A DNA stretch of 63,521 nt, filler included, from Reclinomonas americana ATCC 50394 (lineage: Eukaryota): NCBI GenBank assembly GCA_048213135.1. It is 6 parts of 4 records of this genome, joined end to end, with 100 filler letters (N's around TTAATTAATTAA, not from the genome) between each part and the next. Parts side by side here need not be neighbours in the genome. Positions count along the whole stretch, not along the records: positions 18,393 to 37,504 come from PS015120.1; 5 more parts are not named here. The stretch is one strand, 5' to 3'. The notes under the pieces were generated by a model, which had not been told where the DNA came from, searched no databases, and saw nothing but the letters and a program-made list of their open reading frames with translations. Every line of letters begins with the position of its first letter. Position 1 is the stretch's first letter. The position numbers and the translations under genes are program-made. Shown in pieces: positions 26,101 to 37,604 of the stretch.

Positions 26101-29100
26101 AGACTCTGCAGTTGCTTACCTTCGGATTGATCTTGGTGGCTCGCACAAAGCAGTGCTGCCGCTTGTTGGCGTCGGTCTCCACCAGACCACGCGCAATCCA
26201 CAGCGCATCGGAGAGTGGCGCCTCCACCAAGCACTCGGTGACGACCTTCTGCGCCTCTTCCAGGTACAGAGGCGCGCGCTGCATCATAAAGAGAGCGACA
26301 GCGTGAGACTCCTTCCGATGCACATCAGAACAAGTTCTGCCTCCGACGCACATCGGCATCAGCACTGGCCAACCGATGCAGCACGTTGCACAGATCGAGT
26401 CGGCTGTTGCTCAGCCGATCCTGCTGGAATGTGGCACTCTGCACCCCGCTGATCGATGCGGACGGTGGCTGCGAAGCACACGCCACGCACTTGCGTGCAC
26501 ACAGCTCACCGAGGCGCAGCACTTGCAGTCGCACGTGGCGAGACAAGTGACCCTGTGTGCAAATGCGAGTGAGGCACAAAGAGTGGTAGAGATACAGAGT
26601 GCAGAAGGCACACACATGTGCAAGTCGCTCGTCCACAACGAGCCCGTACAGTCCGAGTGCCAGTGTGAGTGCCTTGGAGATGGGCGCGCCGGTGGTGAGG
26701 TCGGCCACAATCAGACTCAAGTCGACATTCATTTTCTGCAAAACGCCAGTCATGCTTGCGTCCTCGCTGCGCACACCGAGTTAGAAAAGAGGGGGCGGAC
26801 GCAATCAATGAGGACGAATGTATGAACGAAACTGGCACAGCGCCAACGCCTGGTGATTCAACTCGAGTGCACGCGCGACATGCATCGAGCACACAGTGCT
26901 CTGGCTGTCGCGCTTCTCATCACGAGCCAACTCCATCAGCACACACGAGCAGCCGTACAACGCCGGCAGGAAGGTGGGGAATCGGCGAATCACCGACTCG
27001 TACTACGTGCAGGCATGCAGTCGGTCAGTGACGTGTGACGCACACACATACAATGAGACTGGGAAAATGCACCTCGACAATCGAGTCCACCGGCAACCCG
27101 AACACCTGCTTGATGCGTGCACGGAGGAACATGGGATACACGGCCAAGTGCACGCCGTCGCCACGCTCACGCTCCAGCTGGTTGGCCAGCGTGATGGCAC
27201 GTGTGACAGTCTTTAGCGCCGACAGATACTTGCCCTGCATGGTGTAGGCCTCGGAGAGGCAAACCCACGACTGCAGATCATTAATGTACACACGGAGTGC
27301 ACGCTGGAAGGCCAGCACGGCTTCGTCAAAGCGCCCGTGGTTCTGCCCCGGCAGCGTCAGTCACACGAACAGGCGGGCGGTGTGGAGCAGTCATCAACGA
27401 TTACCTTTTCGTGAACGCCGAGCCGAAGCCACGCCCAGTGTGCCTGCGTCGAGGCTTCGGTAGCTCGCCGCCACAAATCCACCGCCAGAGTCTCCTGCCC
27501 GTTGGCCAGGTACATGTCACTCAGAGCCGCGCCCGCACTAGCCTCGTCCGCATCCAGTGTCACCGCTACCATACACAAACACGCGCAGTCAGTCGAGATG
27601 CGAAAAAAAGAGAGAGACGGAATGGAGGAGTACACGAACCGCGGACAAAGCACTTTTTCGCACGCTCCATGTCGTGCGTCTCCTGATAGTACGCGCCCAG
27701 CAATGCAAAGGTGCCTGCGTGATTCTGATCGAGTTTGGCGGCACGGAGAAGCATCTGCAGTGCACGTGCTCGCGATGACTCCGGCAATGAAGCTGTCGCG
27801 CATCGGGCAAGGGCGAGGTGAGTGCGAAGGCTGGGCGGTGGGAGCAGCAGAGTGCACAACAAACCTCGATTCTCCCACAGCGCACGGCCGAGACGGTAAA
27901 AGAACACCGACTCGACACTGACGGGCGACGCCACAGAGCGCTCCATGAGTGCCAGTGCGGCATCCAGACGGCTAGCGGCCTCGTCTTCGTACATGAGCCA
28001 GCCGCACAAGCTGTCGAACCACGGAGCACCACCCCTGGCCACCAGCACCGGGTCGTTGCAGATGGCGTGCAGAAGCGCACGCGCACCCGTGCGATCGCCC
28101 AGGTCCAACATGGCCTCGACTTTGCCCTGCGTACACGAGCAGCATGAGGATGGATCGAAGTGTATGACACTCGCGCTCTTTGTTTACGAACCTTGCTGGC
28201 GCGCAGATTGTCGGGTTGTCGGGCCAGCAACTCGTCGTACTGCTGCAGGGCGGCCACCGAGTCTCCGGATCGCAAAAGAGCTTCGGCGCGCTCCATGTAG
28301 ATCTCCGAAATCAGGCTGCGAACACAGTCAGCTCTTTCCCCCGTTCACAAGACCGAGGTGCGTGTGCGCAACTTGACAAACGAGCCCTGCGTGTGCCACA
28401 TGGTGGCGGAGCGATCATTGACGAGGTCGAGCGCACGATCGGAAGCATCGGCTGCCGACTGGGCGGAGCCCGCGGCCAAATCAAAGGCAACCAGTGCGCG
28501 CCATCCCCCAATCTGCAACACATTTTTTGCCGTGAGTGAGCTGGCGTCGACGACTGCGCCATCTGCGCCACTCACCCACGTCACGCCGGACGACGCGCTG
28601 TTGAGAATCCCACGCAGTGCCTCGGCGGCTCGCTTCTGCTGCGTCTCGTCGACCTCGCGACACGACAGCACAAAGGCGGAGAGGAGCGCCAAGCTCAGCG
28701 GCGAGAAGGGCCAGAGGTGCAGAATCAGGTTGCGCAGCGCCACAAAGTTGAGACGAGCGTCTGCGGCAATGACAGAAGGGTGTGAAAGCGCGTTTCACGA
28801 AGCGTGCAGACAGGCAACGGATGGCGAACCCGTGATCTCCTCCGACAAGAGCAGCAACGATTCGGCGGCAAAATAGCTCTCTGGTCGATCATGGAAGATG
28901 CGAAACAGCAGCGAGACGATCTTGCACGACATCATCACAGAGTCAGCATAAAATGGAGACGACAATGATGACGAACATACTCTGTACACACCATTTCATC
29001 TTGCTCCGGATCCGCACTCGACAGCTGCGTCTTGATGCGACGTCTCGCCATGGCCTCCAACGCAATCAGCGGGCACGAAGAACCCGTGTCGAGACAGGCC

Positions 29101-31069
29101 ACCAGCAGCGGCTCCAACTGCGGAGGCGGTGAGGGAGGCAACTATGTAAGAGTTGCATCATTCAACGTGTCACGCACCACATCCTCGGCTGCCAGATCGC
29201 GGTTGCTGGCAACAGCGGCCTCACATGCGCGATGGAGGACGGTGGGGTCGGTGAAGAGTGAAGCGAGTTCCAGTGCCGTGGACACGAGTTCCTACGTCGC
29301 GATGAGTTTCCAGCAATGAGGAAAGGACCGGGAGAGAGTAAGCAACTGCGAGGCGGTTGAGATCGGCTGCCACTCGCAGCGCCTTGTTGACATAGTCGTC
29401 ACGTTTCGCCACATCGCTGTTGGTGATGGTGAGAGAGCAGCAGGGGTGGTGGGGTGAGTATGGCAAAGAGAACAGAACTTGGGAGACAACTTGGCCAGCT
29501 GGAGGTAGGTGGGCAGCAGCGGTGCTCGATCACGTCGGCCCTCTTGAAGTTCGCAGAGGCCCTGGGGTAAAGGGGGGAAGGGGGATGAGGGGAAGGGGGA
29601 TAGGGGGATAAGGGGAAGGGGGAAGGGGGACAAGGGGAAGGGGAAGGGGGGAGGGGGAAAGGAGATAGGCAGGTAGAAAAGGATGGTGAGACCGCAGGAG
29701 AAACTCTTCTGTAGTCCAGATTGACTAGTAGCATTTCTGCTGTCACTCGTTCTCTTTGCTCACTGTATTACGTTGTCTCAACGACGCTAACATGGCTAAA
29801 GGGACCGCAGGGGATGCTCTGAGTGTTGAATTACGAAGACAGGAGAGAAGGGCATGCAAAGCGTGCAGGACCAGGGTTCTCACTGCCTTCGCCCTTGACT
29901 CTCAGCTGCGTGATGCAGTGTGCTCAACGACGCAAACATGGACGAAGGAAATGCTGATAGTGGCGCAGAACTCAATCGTGAAGACAGGAGAGATTGCATG
30001 CAAAGAGTATAGTGGTTCTCAGTTGCGTGATGCAGTGTACTCAACGACGCTAACATGGACGAAGGAAATGCTGATAGTGGCGCAGAACTCAATCGTGGAG
30101 ACAGGGGAGAAGAGCATGGAAGAGTGCAGAACCAGAGTTCTCGCCTGGACTCTCAGTTGCGTGATGAAGTGAACTCAACGACACTAACATGGAGAAGGAA
30201 TGCGGAGAGTGGTGCAGTACTCACTCATGAAGGCAGGAGAGAAGGGCATGCAAGAGTGTAGAACAATATCACTTGCTTCGCCTTGACTCTCAGTTGCGTG
30301 ATGAAGTACTCAACGACGCTAACACGGGTGAAGGAAAGGCAAGAGATTGCAGGGGATGCTGTGAGTACTCCATCGTGAAGGTAGGAGAGAAGGGCATGCA
30401 AAGAGTGCAGGACCAGAGTTCTCACTGCCTTCGCCCTTGGCTCTGCTGCGAGATGCACTGTGCTCGACGACGCTATCATGGATGAAGGAAACGCTGAGGG
30501 TGGTGCAGTACTCAATCAGGAGAAAGAAGATGCAAGAGAGGACGAGACAGCTCGCCCCCTGCTGCTTGCTGTGGAAGTTGACAGGGGAAAGGGGAAAGAG
30601 AGAAAGCAGGAAGTGAATGCAGTGGGGTGTTGTGGTCACTCGTGAGCTTTCACTCTCTGTTGTGTAATGCATGATGCAGGAGACGCGTGTCAGCCGCGAG
30701 GCAGTCCGAGGGAAGCGCATGCAACACTGCTCACTCCCTCCTTCCCCTTTCCCCCACTCTCCTCCTCACCTTCCACGCCTGCACATTGGCCCCATCAATC
30801 GCAATCGCCTCACGATACGCATTCTCCGCCTCACGATGCGCATTCAGCTTGCTATACGCCAATCCCTCAAACAAACGAGCATAGTACGAGCGAGAGTCGA
30901 GTCGCAGAACCTGGAGGGAGAGTGAGAGAGAAAGAGAGTGAGCAGCAAGCTCACTGTGTGAGTGTGCGTGTGAGTATCCACGCGCCTCCTCGCACAGCTG
31001 CAGCACTTCCCGCCACGCTTCTCCATTGATAGCACTGCGTGCTTGCTGCAGCAGCTGCTTGACGCTCAT
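23165..31069 (-). CDS. SKI3: SKI3/TTC37 superkiller complex TPR protein
   Basis: MSVKQLLQQARSAI..VLRLDSRSYYARLFEGLAY..AENAYREAIAID..AWK|GL; LLRAAKLD..FALLGAYY..AKKCF; AFQRALR..WVCLSEAY..GKYLSALK. Long multi-exon TPR array, stop at 23165. Confidence 0.85.
29777..30540. repeat. Degenerate tandem repeat, 6 units of about 117-154 bp, inside the long second intron of SKI3
   Basis: Core CTCAACGACGCTAACATGGA recurs with variants at 29777, 29923, 30040, 30174, 30309 and 30463, with shared GAAGGAAATGCTGA, CAGGAGAGAAGGGCATGCAA and CTCTCAGTTGCGTGATG blocks. Confidence 0.85.
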
Positions 31070-31120
31070 CCACGCACACAGCACAACACAAGTCCCACTG
31101 TCCTTTCTCCTTCATATCAA

Positions 31121-31992
31121 ATGCTGCGCCACAGCAGTCGCCGCCCACTCTCATCCTCAGTAGCCGCCGCAGCGGCAGCCTCTGCCTCTCGATCTCCACC
31201 CACACTGCGCGATCACTTGCGCGTCTTGTGCGACAAGTCCGCGACTGTGGCCGATCGGTGTGAGGCCGTGTGTCAGCTCAGCGATGCCTTTGCGCAGTGC
31301 ACGAACTATACGTTGCGTGAGAGAGAGGCAGGAGAGGCAGGAGAAGGGAGAGGAGAGGAAGAAAGCAAGAGAGAGAACTTGTCTTTGTGATCGACGTTGC
31401 TTGGAAACTCGTGTTGAAAGAGGAGGAGAAGAAGAAGAAGAAAGAGGAGGAAAAGGAGAAGAACAAGAACAAGAACAAGAACAAGAAGGAGAAGAAGGGA
31501 GAACGAAAACAACAACTCAAGAGCCTCGACGCTCATCCCTTTTCTTTCTTTCTTTGTGATCCCAGCCAACATGAGCGATTATCGGCCTCGCTGCTTGAGG
31601 CCATCCCGTCTGCGCCTGCTCTCTTCTCCACGCTGTGCGACATGATTGAGGCGGCCGACGCGTCACAAGGCAGTCGCGATGCCATTGACGTCGTGGCAGG
31701 ACTCTGCATTCACAGCAACAGCTGCAACGGTGACGTGGCAGAGCGGCTCGTGTCGACGTTGTGCGCGCTGGCGCTGCCCGAGTGGGCCGACGACGCGCCA
31801 CTTCGCGAGGCCGCCCTGCATGCACTGCTTGTCCTGCTCATGCGCGATGCGGCGGACTCGTTGATGCCGCTGGTCGATGCCAAACGTGTGCGTGCACTGG
31901 CCACTGATGGTGGTGACCGCGTGCAACAGGCGGCCATGCACCTGTGGCTGCACTTGAAGAGAGAGATGCGCGACATTTCGCCACCCCCATAA
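31121..31992 (+). CDS. Hypothetical protein, probably ARM/HEAT-like helical repeats
   Basis: ATG at 31121; intron 31312-31565 (C|GTTGCG..CAG) joins two Leu/Ala-rich helical exons (LREAALHALLVLL, RVQQAAMHLW); TAA at 31990-31992. Confidence 0.6.
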
Positions 31993-32118
31993 AAAAAAAC
32001 TAAACATCCACAAAAGACCCCGTCGTACTTCACTTTGGGGTGAGTGTGGTTCTGCTGTTGCTGCTAGTGGTATCCATGACCACGCACACAGACGAGTGTG
32101 TGTGCGTGTTGCGTCGGT

Positions 32119-32545
32119 TTACTCGCCAGTCACAAAGGACACCTGCGTGGGCATCTGTGAGACTCACACACACACGTGTGCGTCTCACTCACGTAGTTCA
32201 CGCACCACAGAGTACACAAAGGCCGAGAGGCCAGTGGCAGCCAGAGCGCCAAAGGCAATGGTGGTAATCTTGTCGTTCTTGCCAGCTGCACACATCATCA
32301 TCAGCATCAGCATCTCTCTCTTTCTCACACCCTGCCTCTCTGTGCTGCTGCACACGCACCCTCATGAATGCCAATGCGGCCGTCAGTGCCCTGTGTTTGC
32401 AAAGCACTCGCATATTCAGCGCATCTCTCATTGACAAAAACGCATCACGCACGCATCACAATGACGCGTCACGCACCTGGAAGTGCTTCTGCAGCTGCGG
32501 GACGCGGTTGGCGTTGCTCACAAATCGGCGCAAGAGTGGCTCCAT
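32119..32545 (-). CDS. Cytochrome c oxidase subunit 7A-like (Cox7)
   Basis: Spliced: MEPLLRRFVSNANRVPQLQKHFQ|GTDGRIGIHE|AGKNDKITTIAFGALAATGLSAFVYSV|VSFVTGE*. N(R/K)VPxxQKxFQ plus one TM helix is the COX7A/Cox7 pattern. Last exon uncertain. Confidence 0.75.
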
Positions 32546-32703
32546 CGTTGATTCAGTGTGTGTGTGTGTGTGAAATTGCAAATGATCAATCGTCCGCATC
32601 AACGCCCGTTGGCTGGAGTGGACCGTCGAAAGCGGCCGAAAGCGCGATCGATTGTGTTCCCCGCCTTGCCGCACTCATGAAGTACCGTGAGACGCACAGC
32701 AAG

Positions 32704-33864
32704 ATGTCGTCGTTTGCGCGGCGGCAGCTGGAGAAGTTTGGGTGGAAAGAGTTGCGCTGTGTGTGCGGCCATGTGCACATTCACATCACCGACTGACACG
32801 AGCACAGAGGCGAAGGGTTGGGAAAGAAGCGCGATGGTCGGCACTCGTTTGTGAAGGTGTCGATGAAGGCCGACACGCTGGGAGTTGCGTGTGGTGGCTC
32901 CTGTTGTGTGCCAGCCCAAACTCTTACTCTGACACTCGTCTCGCAGCTGGGAGTCACCTCGCACGACACGGATCACTGGTTCGACGACGTCTTCAACGCA
33001 GCGGCCTCCAACCTAGGTTCAATCGGGGCAGCCGGCAGCAGCAGCAGCAGCGATGATGACAGTGACTCTTCATCCTCCTCTTCCTCCTCGTCATCGTCGT
33101 CACCACAACATCGCCGCCAGCTGCATCGTGTCAATGTGCGTCAGCACGCGGCAAGCATGGCTCTCGGGCGATTCGTGAAGCCCGATGGATCGCGAGGCAC
33201 GCTGCGCAATGGCAGCAGCAGTGACGATGATCATCACGCGGATGGCGCCGGCGGTGACGACAGTGGCAGTGTCAGCGGCAGCAGCAGTGAGGATGAATTG
33301 CCGCCGCTGGTGGCTGGCAAGGGCGCGGGTCTGTTTGCGGCCTGCGAGGGACGCATGCTGCGCAAGTACTATCCCGTGGCCAAGCTGCGTCGCATTGAGG
33401 AGCAGGAGCGGCGTATGCGTGACGGTGATTCACCTGCGCCGCCGGTGACTGTGCATCGGAAACGTGCGGCGGAGGAGGTGGTGGTGGAGGCAGTGGAGGA
33501 CGAGGGTCAGCCGGAGAAGAAGAGGAGGAAGAAGGAGGATGCGGAGGGCAAGAAGAAGAAGAAGGCGAAGGACAAGGAGGAGAAGACGAAGGAAAAGACG
33601 AAGAAGAGCAAGAGGAAGGCCGAGGACGACGACGCGGAATCTGCGGAGAAGAAAAAGAAGAAGAAGAAGAAGTCGAGGAAGTCGAAGAAGGAGGCGGAGG
33701 AGAGTGAGGACGGCGATGTGGATATGGAGAAAAAGGACGAGAAGAAGAAGAAGAAAAAGAGGAGAAAGGGCGAGAAGGAGGAGGAGGAGGTGGAAGGGAA
33801 GAAGAAGAAAAAGTCGAAGAAGGAGAAGACAAGGAGGAAGAAGACCGACGATGACGACGAGTAA
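32704..33864 (+). CDS. G-patch protein with KKE/D-rich tail (GPATCH4/PINX1-like)
   Basis: MSSFARRQLEKFGWKE|GEGLGKKRDG..VKVSMKADTLG|LG..HWFDDVFNAAASNL; LFAACEGR..AKLRRIEEQE; long Lys/Glu tail; TAA at 33862-33864. Confidence 0.88.
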
Positions 33865-33914
33865 ACCATTGATGTAATGTTTGAGATACAGTGTNNNNNN
33901 NNNNNNNNNNNNNN

Positions 33915-35054
33915 CGCCCGACTGGTCCCATGCGATGACCAACCGACTCCTCCACGGCCGTCATCAGCGCACCAAACTCCAACACTCGGCCGAGAGACTG
34001 ATCCAACTCGTGCACCGCGGTGAGGTTGGTGCGACTGCCACGAGAGTGTTAGTGTAAAGCAACAGAAGCGGGGGAAAAGGGGGAGTGGTGGTGGTGTGGA
34101 GCGCACCGCGTAATCGAGAGATTGCGTGACTTTCGCGTTCCTTTGACGGGGCTGAGACGCTGCGATGCTGCCTGCTGTGGTCGCAGGTGCTGCTGCAGTG
34201 GCATGTAGGCCTCGGCGTGCGTCGGCGACCCCACAATCGGCTCCTCCCACATGTCGCCACCCTCCGACAGATTGGCGCCCGAGCCGCCAATGCCCGAGAT
34301 GCGCGTTTGCGTGGATATGCCGTCGTTCGAGTTCACTGCCACGACAAGGGAGATTGAGTGGTGGTGCTGCAGAACTCGCTGCAACACGAACGCATCGCCC
34401 ACGCACTCGAGTACGTCTGCTGCAACGCGGAATCCGCCATGCGCAAACCCTCATCGTCGACCTCCTCCCCGGACGCACTCGTGCCATCGCTGTCGCTGTC
34501 GCTGAAATCATCGTGGCCGCCCAGCTCGGGGAAGTGTGAGTGTGCCTTCGGTCCAGTGAATGCCGAGACGTCACCTGCGATAGGCAAAGGGAGAGAGATG
34601 GAGAAGAAGAAGAAGAAGAAGAAGAAGAAGAAGACAAGAGAGAGAGAGACAGACAGACAGACAGGAACAGAGAGTGACAGAGAGAACAAGAAGAGAGAAG
34701 TCAGAGCACTGACCAAAGCTGCGACAGGGAAGACAAGCAAGCAACACAACACCTGTCATGATGGCCTCCTCCATCTCCACCGGCTCAAACGTCTCCTGCA
34801 CGAAGCGCTCCTCAATGCGCAACGGCTTGGCGGCCTCACTGAACGTGCGTCGCACCAGAGAATCCGTGCGGAATTCCACAGGCTTATGCCCACCACCGAG
34901 AAAATCAACAAAAAATAAGGAGTTGCCAATTGCCACTCAACACTCACCACTGAATCGCTCTCTTCATCGGCCGGATCGCCACCACTGATGGTCGTCGACG
35001 ACGACACGGTAGACAATGCCGGTGACGTGGCGGATCCCGCTGCTGCTGCCGCGG
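33915..35054 (-). CDS. Hypothetical multi-exon protein, partial between N gaps
   Basis: In-frame exons with GT-AG introns (..GGDPADEESDSV|PVEFRTDSLVRRTF..|GDVSAFTG..). No recognisable domain; both ends uncertain. Confidence 0.5.
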
Positions 35055-36206
35055 NNNNNNNNNNNNNNNNNNNNNNNNNNNNNNNNNNNNNNNNNNNNNN
35101 NNNNNNNNNNNNNNNNNNNNNNNNNNNNNNNNNNNNNNNNNNNNNNNNNNNNNNNNNNNNNNNNNNNNNNNNNNNNNNNNNNNNNNNNNNNNNNNNNNNN
35201 NNNNNNNNNNNNNNNNNNNNNNNNNNNNNNNNNNNNNNNNNNNNNNNNNNNNNNNNNNNNNNNNNNNNNNNNNNNNNNNNNNNNNNNNNNNNNNNNNNNN
35301 NNNNNNNNNNNNNNNNNNNNNNNNNNNNNNNNNNNNNNNNNNNNNNNNNNNNNNNNNNNNNNNNNNNNNNNNNNNNNNNNNNNNNNNNNNNNNNNNNNNN
35401 NNNNNNNNNNNNNNNNNNNNNNNNNNNNNNNNNNNNNNNNNNNNNNNNNNNNNNNNNNNNNNNNNNNNNNNNNNNNNNNNNNNNNNNNNNNNNNNNNNNN
35501 NNNNNNNNNNNNNNNNNNNNNNNNNNNNNNNNNNNNNNNNNNNNNNNNNNNNNNNNNNNNNNNNNNCATCACACCCGAGTTGTTTGCCAGGTGGGTGTCA
35601 TCGTGTGGACGACATGGAGGAGGGGAGAGAGAGAGAGAGAGAGAGAAGGAGGAGGAGAGGAGAGAGTGATACAATAAGAGAGAGAAAGAGAGAGACAGTG
35701 AGAGCGAGCGTAGGAGAGAGAAATGAGCAAGACTGCGAGCGATCATAAGCGTTATATCAACAACAAAACTCAAACACACGCACACACACACTAAAAAAGG
35801 GAGAGGGAGTTGTGTGGAGAGAGAGAGAGGAAGAGAGTGTGTTAAGAGACAGTGATCAGAGTTTCGCAAAAGAGAGAGAGAGAGAGAGAAATGAGTGAGA
35901 CACTAAGCAATTGTAAGTGATTCAATAACAACCATACACACACACACTTACAGAGAGAGCGAGAGAGTTGTGTGTGTGTGTTAGGAGACAGAGGCAGTCA
36001 GCGATAGTAAGTGATACAATGACAACGCTCATGCATACAGTGTTTGGAGACAGTGAGGTTTGGGTCTCCTACTTCTCCTCGTCTTGCCTCACTGTGAGTC
36101 TCGCCGCAGAACGGCCACCACCGGTCCATCACCGTCGCATTCACCAGTCGGCTCACCAACGCAGTCTGGAGGTGGTGGATTCTTGGGGCCGGGCCGATAC
36201 CAGAGC

Positions 36207-37504
36207 ATGCCGCCGTTGCCACCGAGTGCCGCCTTCCGCCCTCCCCAACACACTTCGCACGTCCACACACCCCAGTCGGCGTTTGACGCAGGCAGCCATG
36301 GAGTTACAGCAGCTGCTGCCGCTGCCGCCGCTGCGGCGGAACTGCACACCGCATCTACTGCTACGCATGTCGGCACCATGGGACCACCGGTTCCTCACAT
36401 CGACCTTGTGCGAAAACCCCCTGGCGCAGCGACTACCGTTGGAGCGTCGGCCGGCCCGGCGGTAGCAACCGCTGCGGCACCGGCTGCGCACCCTACTCGC
36501 CGGTTGTTCCCCGACGATGGCGGCATGGGCAAGCTGTCCTCCACCGCCAGTTCCTACGCTCAGTACGACATGCCGACACCCGGACCGGACGAGGACGAAG
36601 CGCGCTCGTCGCAAGGTTTGCCTCCACGAGAAGCACACAGTCGCCGAATTTAAGTCTTTTTTGTGCGCTCACGTGCCATTCACAGCTGATGCGGAGAAGC
36701 GTCTTGCCGTTGCGCTGGCCGCAACGCACATGCCGCCGACACCGAGTCCGCTGGTCGACGTGCAGAGCCTGCAGAGTGCCAACATTCACACCAAGTTGCG
36801 CGATTCTTCTTCAGTATGATGCAATCGCCCTACGGCCAGCTCACATGTCCTCTCCCTTCACCAGGCTGTTTGATCAGCTGCGCGATTTGATCCACGTGTT
36901 GCAGCCGCAAGCCGACCGTCAGATGGCCTCGGGGCAGTCGCTGCTGGGCCCGTTCACCTCGAAGACGTCGTATCTCGGTCTGCTGTCGATCACAGAGGAG
37001 AATGTGTCGGATGAGTCGATTGAGGTTGCCGAAATGTTGCTCGAGTGCATGGACTATCGTCACAAGTGCCGATGGGACGCCGAAGCCAGTGATGTTGCGT
37101 CGCAATTCACTTTTGCGATGGCCAACGCACGTCCCTCACGTGTGCATGCAGAATCCGTCCTATGTGTACCTGCGCAAGACGATTTACGGCACAGGTGATG
37201 AGGCGTCGGGAGCGCCACCACGTGCCGACGAAGTGCTGCGAGAGGAGTGCGAGGAGGTGGACGGAGCTGTTCCACTGCCGCAGGTTAGCTACGATCCGTG
37301 GAACGGGCCGCAGCTGCCGGTGGCCACGCAGCGCTACAAGATGGTGGATGGCGTAATGCACGTGTTCGACAACGAACAGGGTCAGTGGGGACCACGTTGC
37401 TCTCCGCACGTCGTCAGTGTTCTCTAAAGCGACTCTCGCGTGCACAGACATGGTCGCCAACAAGCCGTGCATTGCGTTCCATCGCCGCGATGTGTTTTAC
37501 CGAA
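36207..37504 (+). CDS. AMPD: AMP deaminase, N-terminal part (truncated by linker; start uncertain)
   Basis: EVAEMLLECMDYRHK..YDPW..YKMVDGVMHVF..FHRRDVFYR fits the AMP deaminase N-terminal region (E..l..al.LR.KY; MxDGVxHV; FY.D). Catalytic domain not in the window. Confidence 0.68.
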
Positions 37505-37604
37505 NNNNNNNNNNNNNNNNNNNNNNNNNNNNNNNNNNNNNNNNNNNNTTAATTAATTAANNNNNNNNNNNNNNNNNNNNNNNNNNNNNNNNNNNNNNNN
37601 NNNN
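37505..37604. other. Artificial scaffold linker
   Basis: N44-TTAATTAATTAA-N44; truncates AMPD and the P450. Confidence 0.97.

Noticed and set aside
29777-30540. Possible CRISPR-like array
   Set aside because: The sequence between the conserved cores is itself homologous between units; no unique spacers or cas genes, and it sits in a eukaryotic intron.
33272-34637. Long antisense ORFs rich in Phe/Ser/Leu (also 45664-46545 and the X-filled ORFs)
   Set aside because: Shadows of Lys/Glu-rich coding sequence, simple repeats or N gaps.
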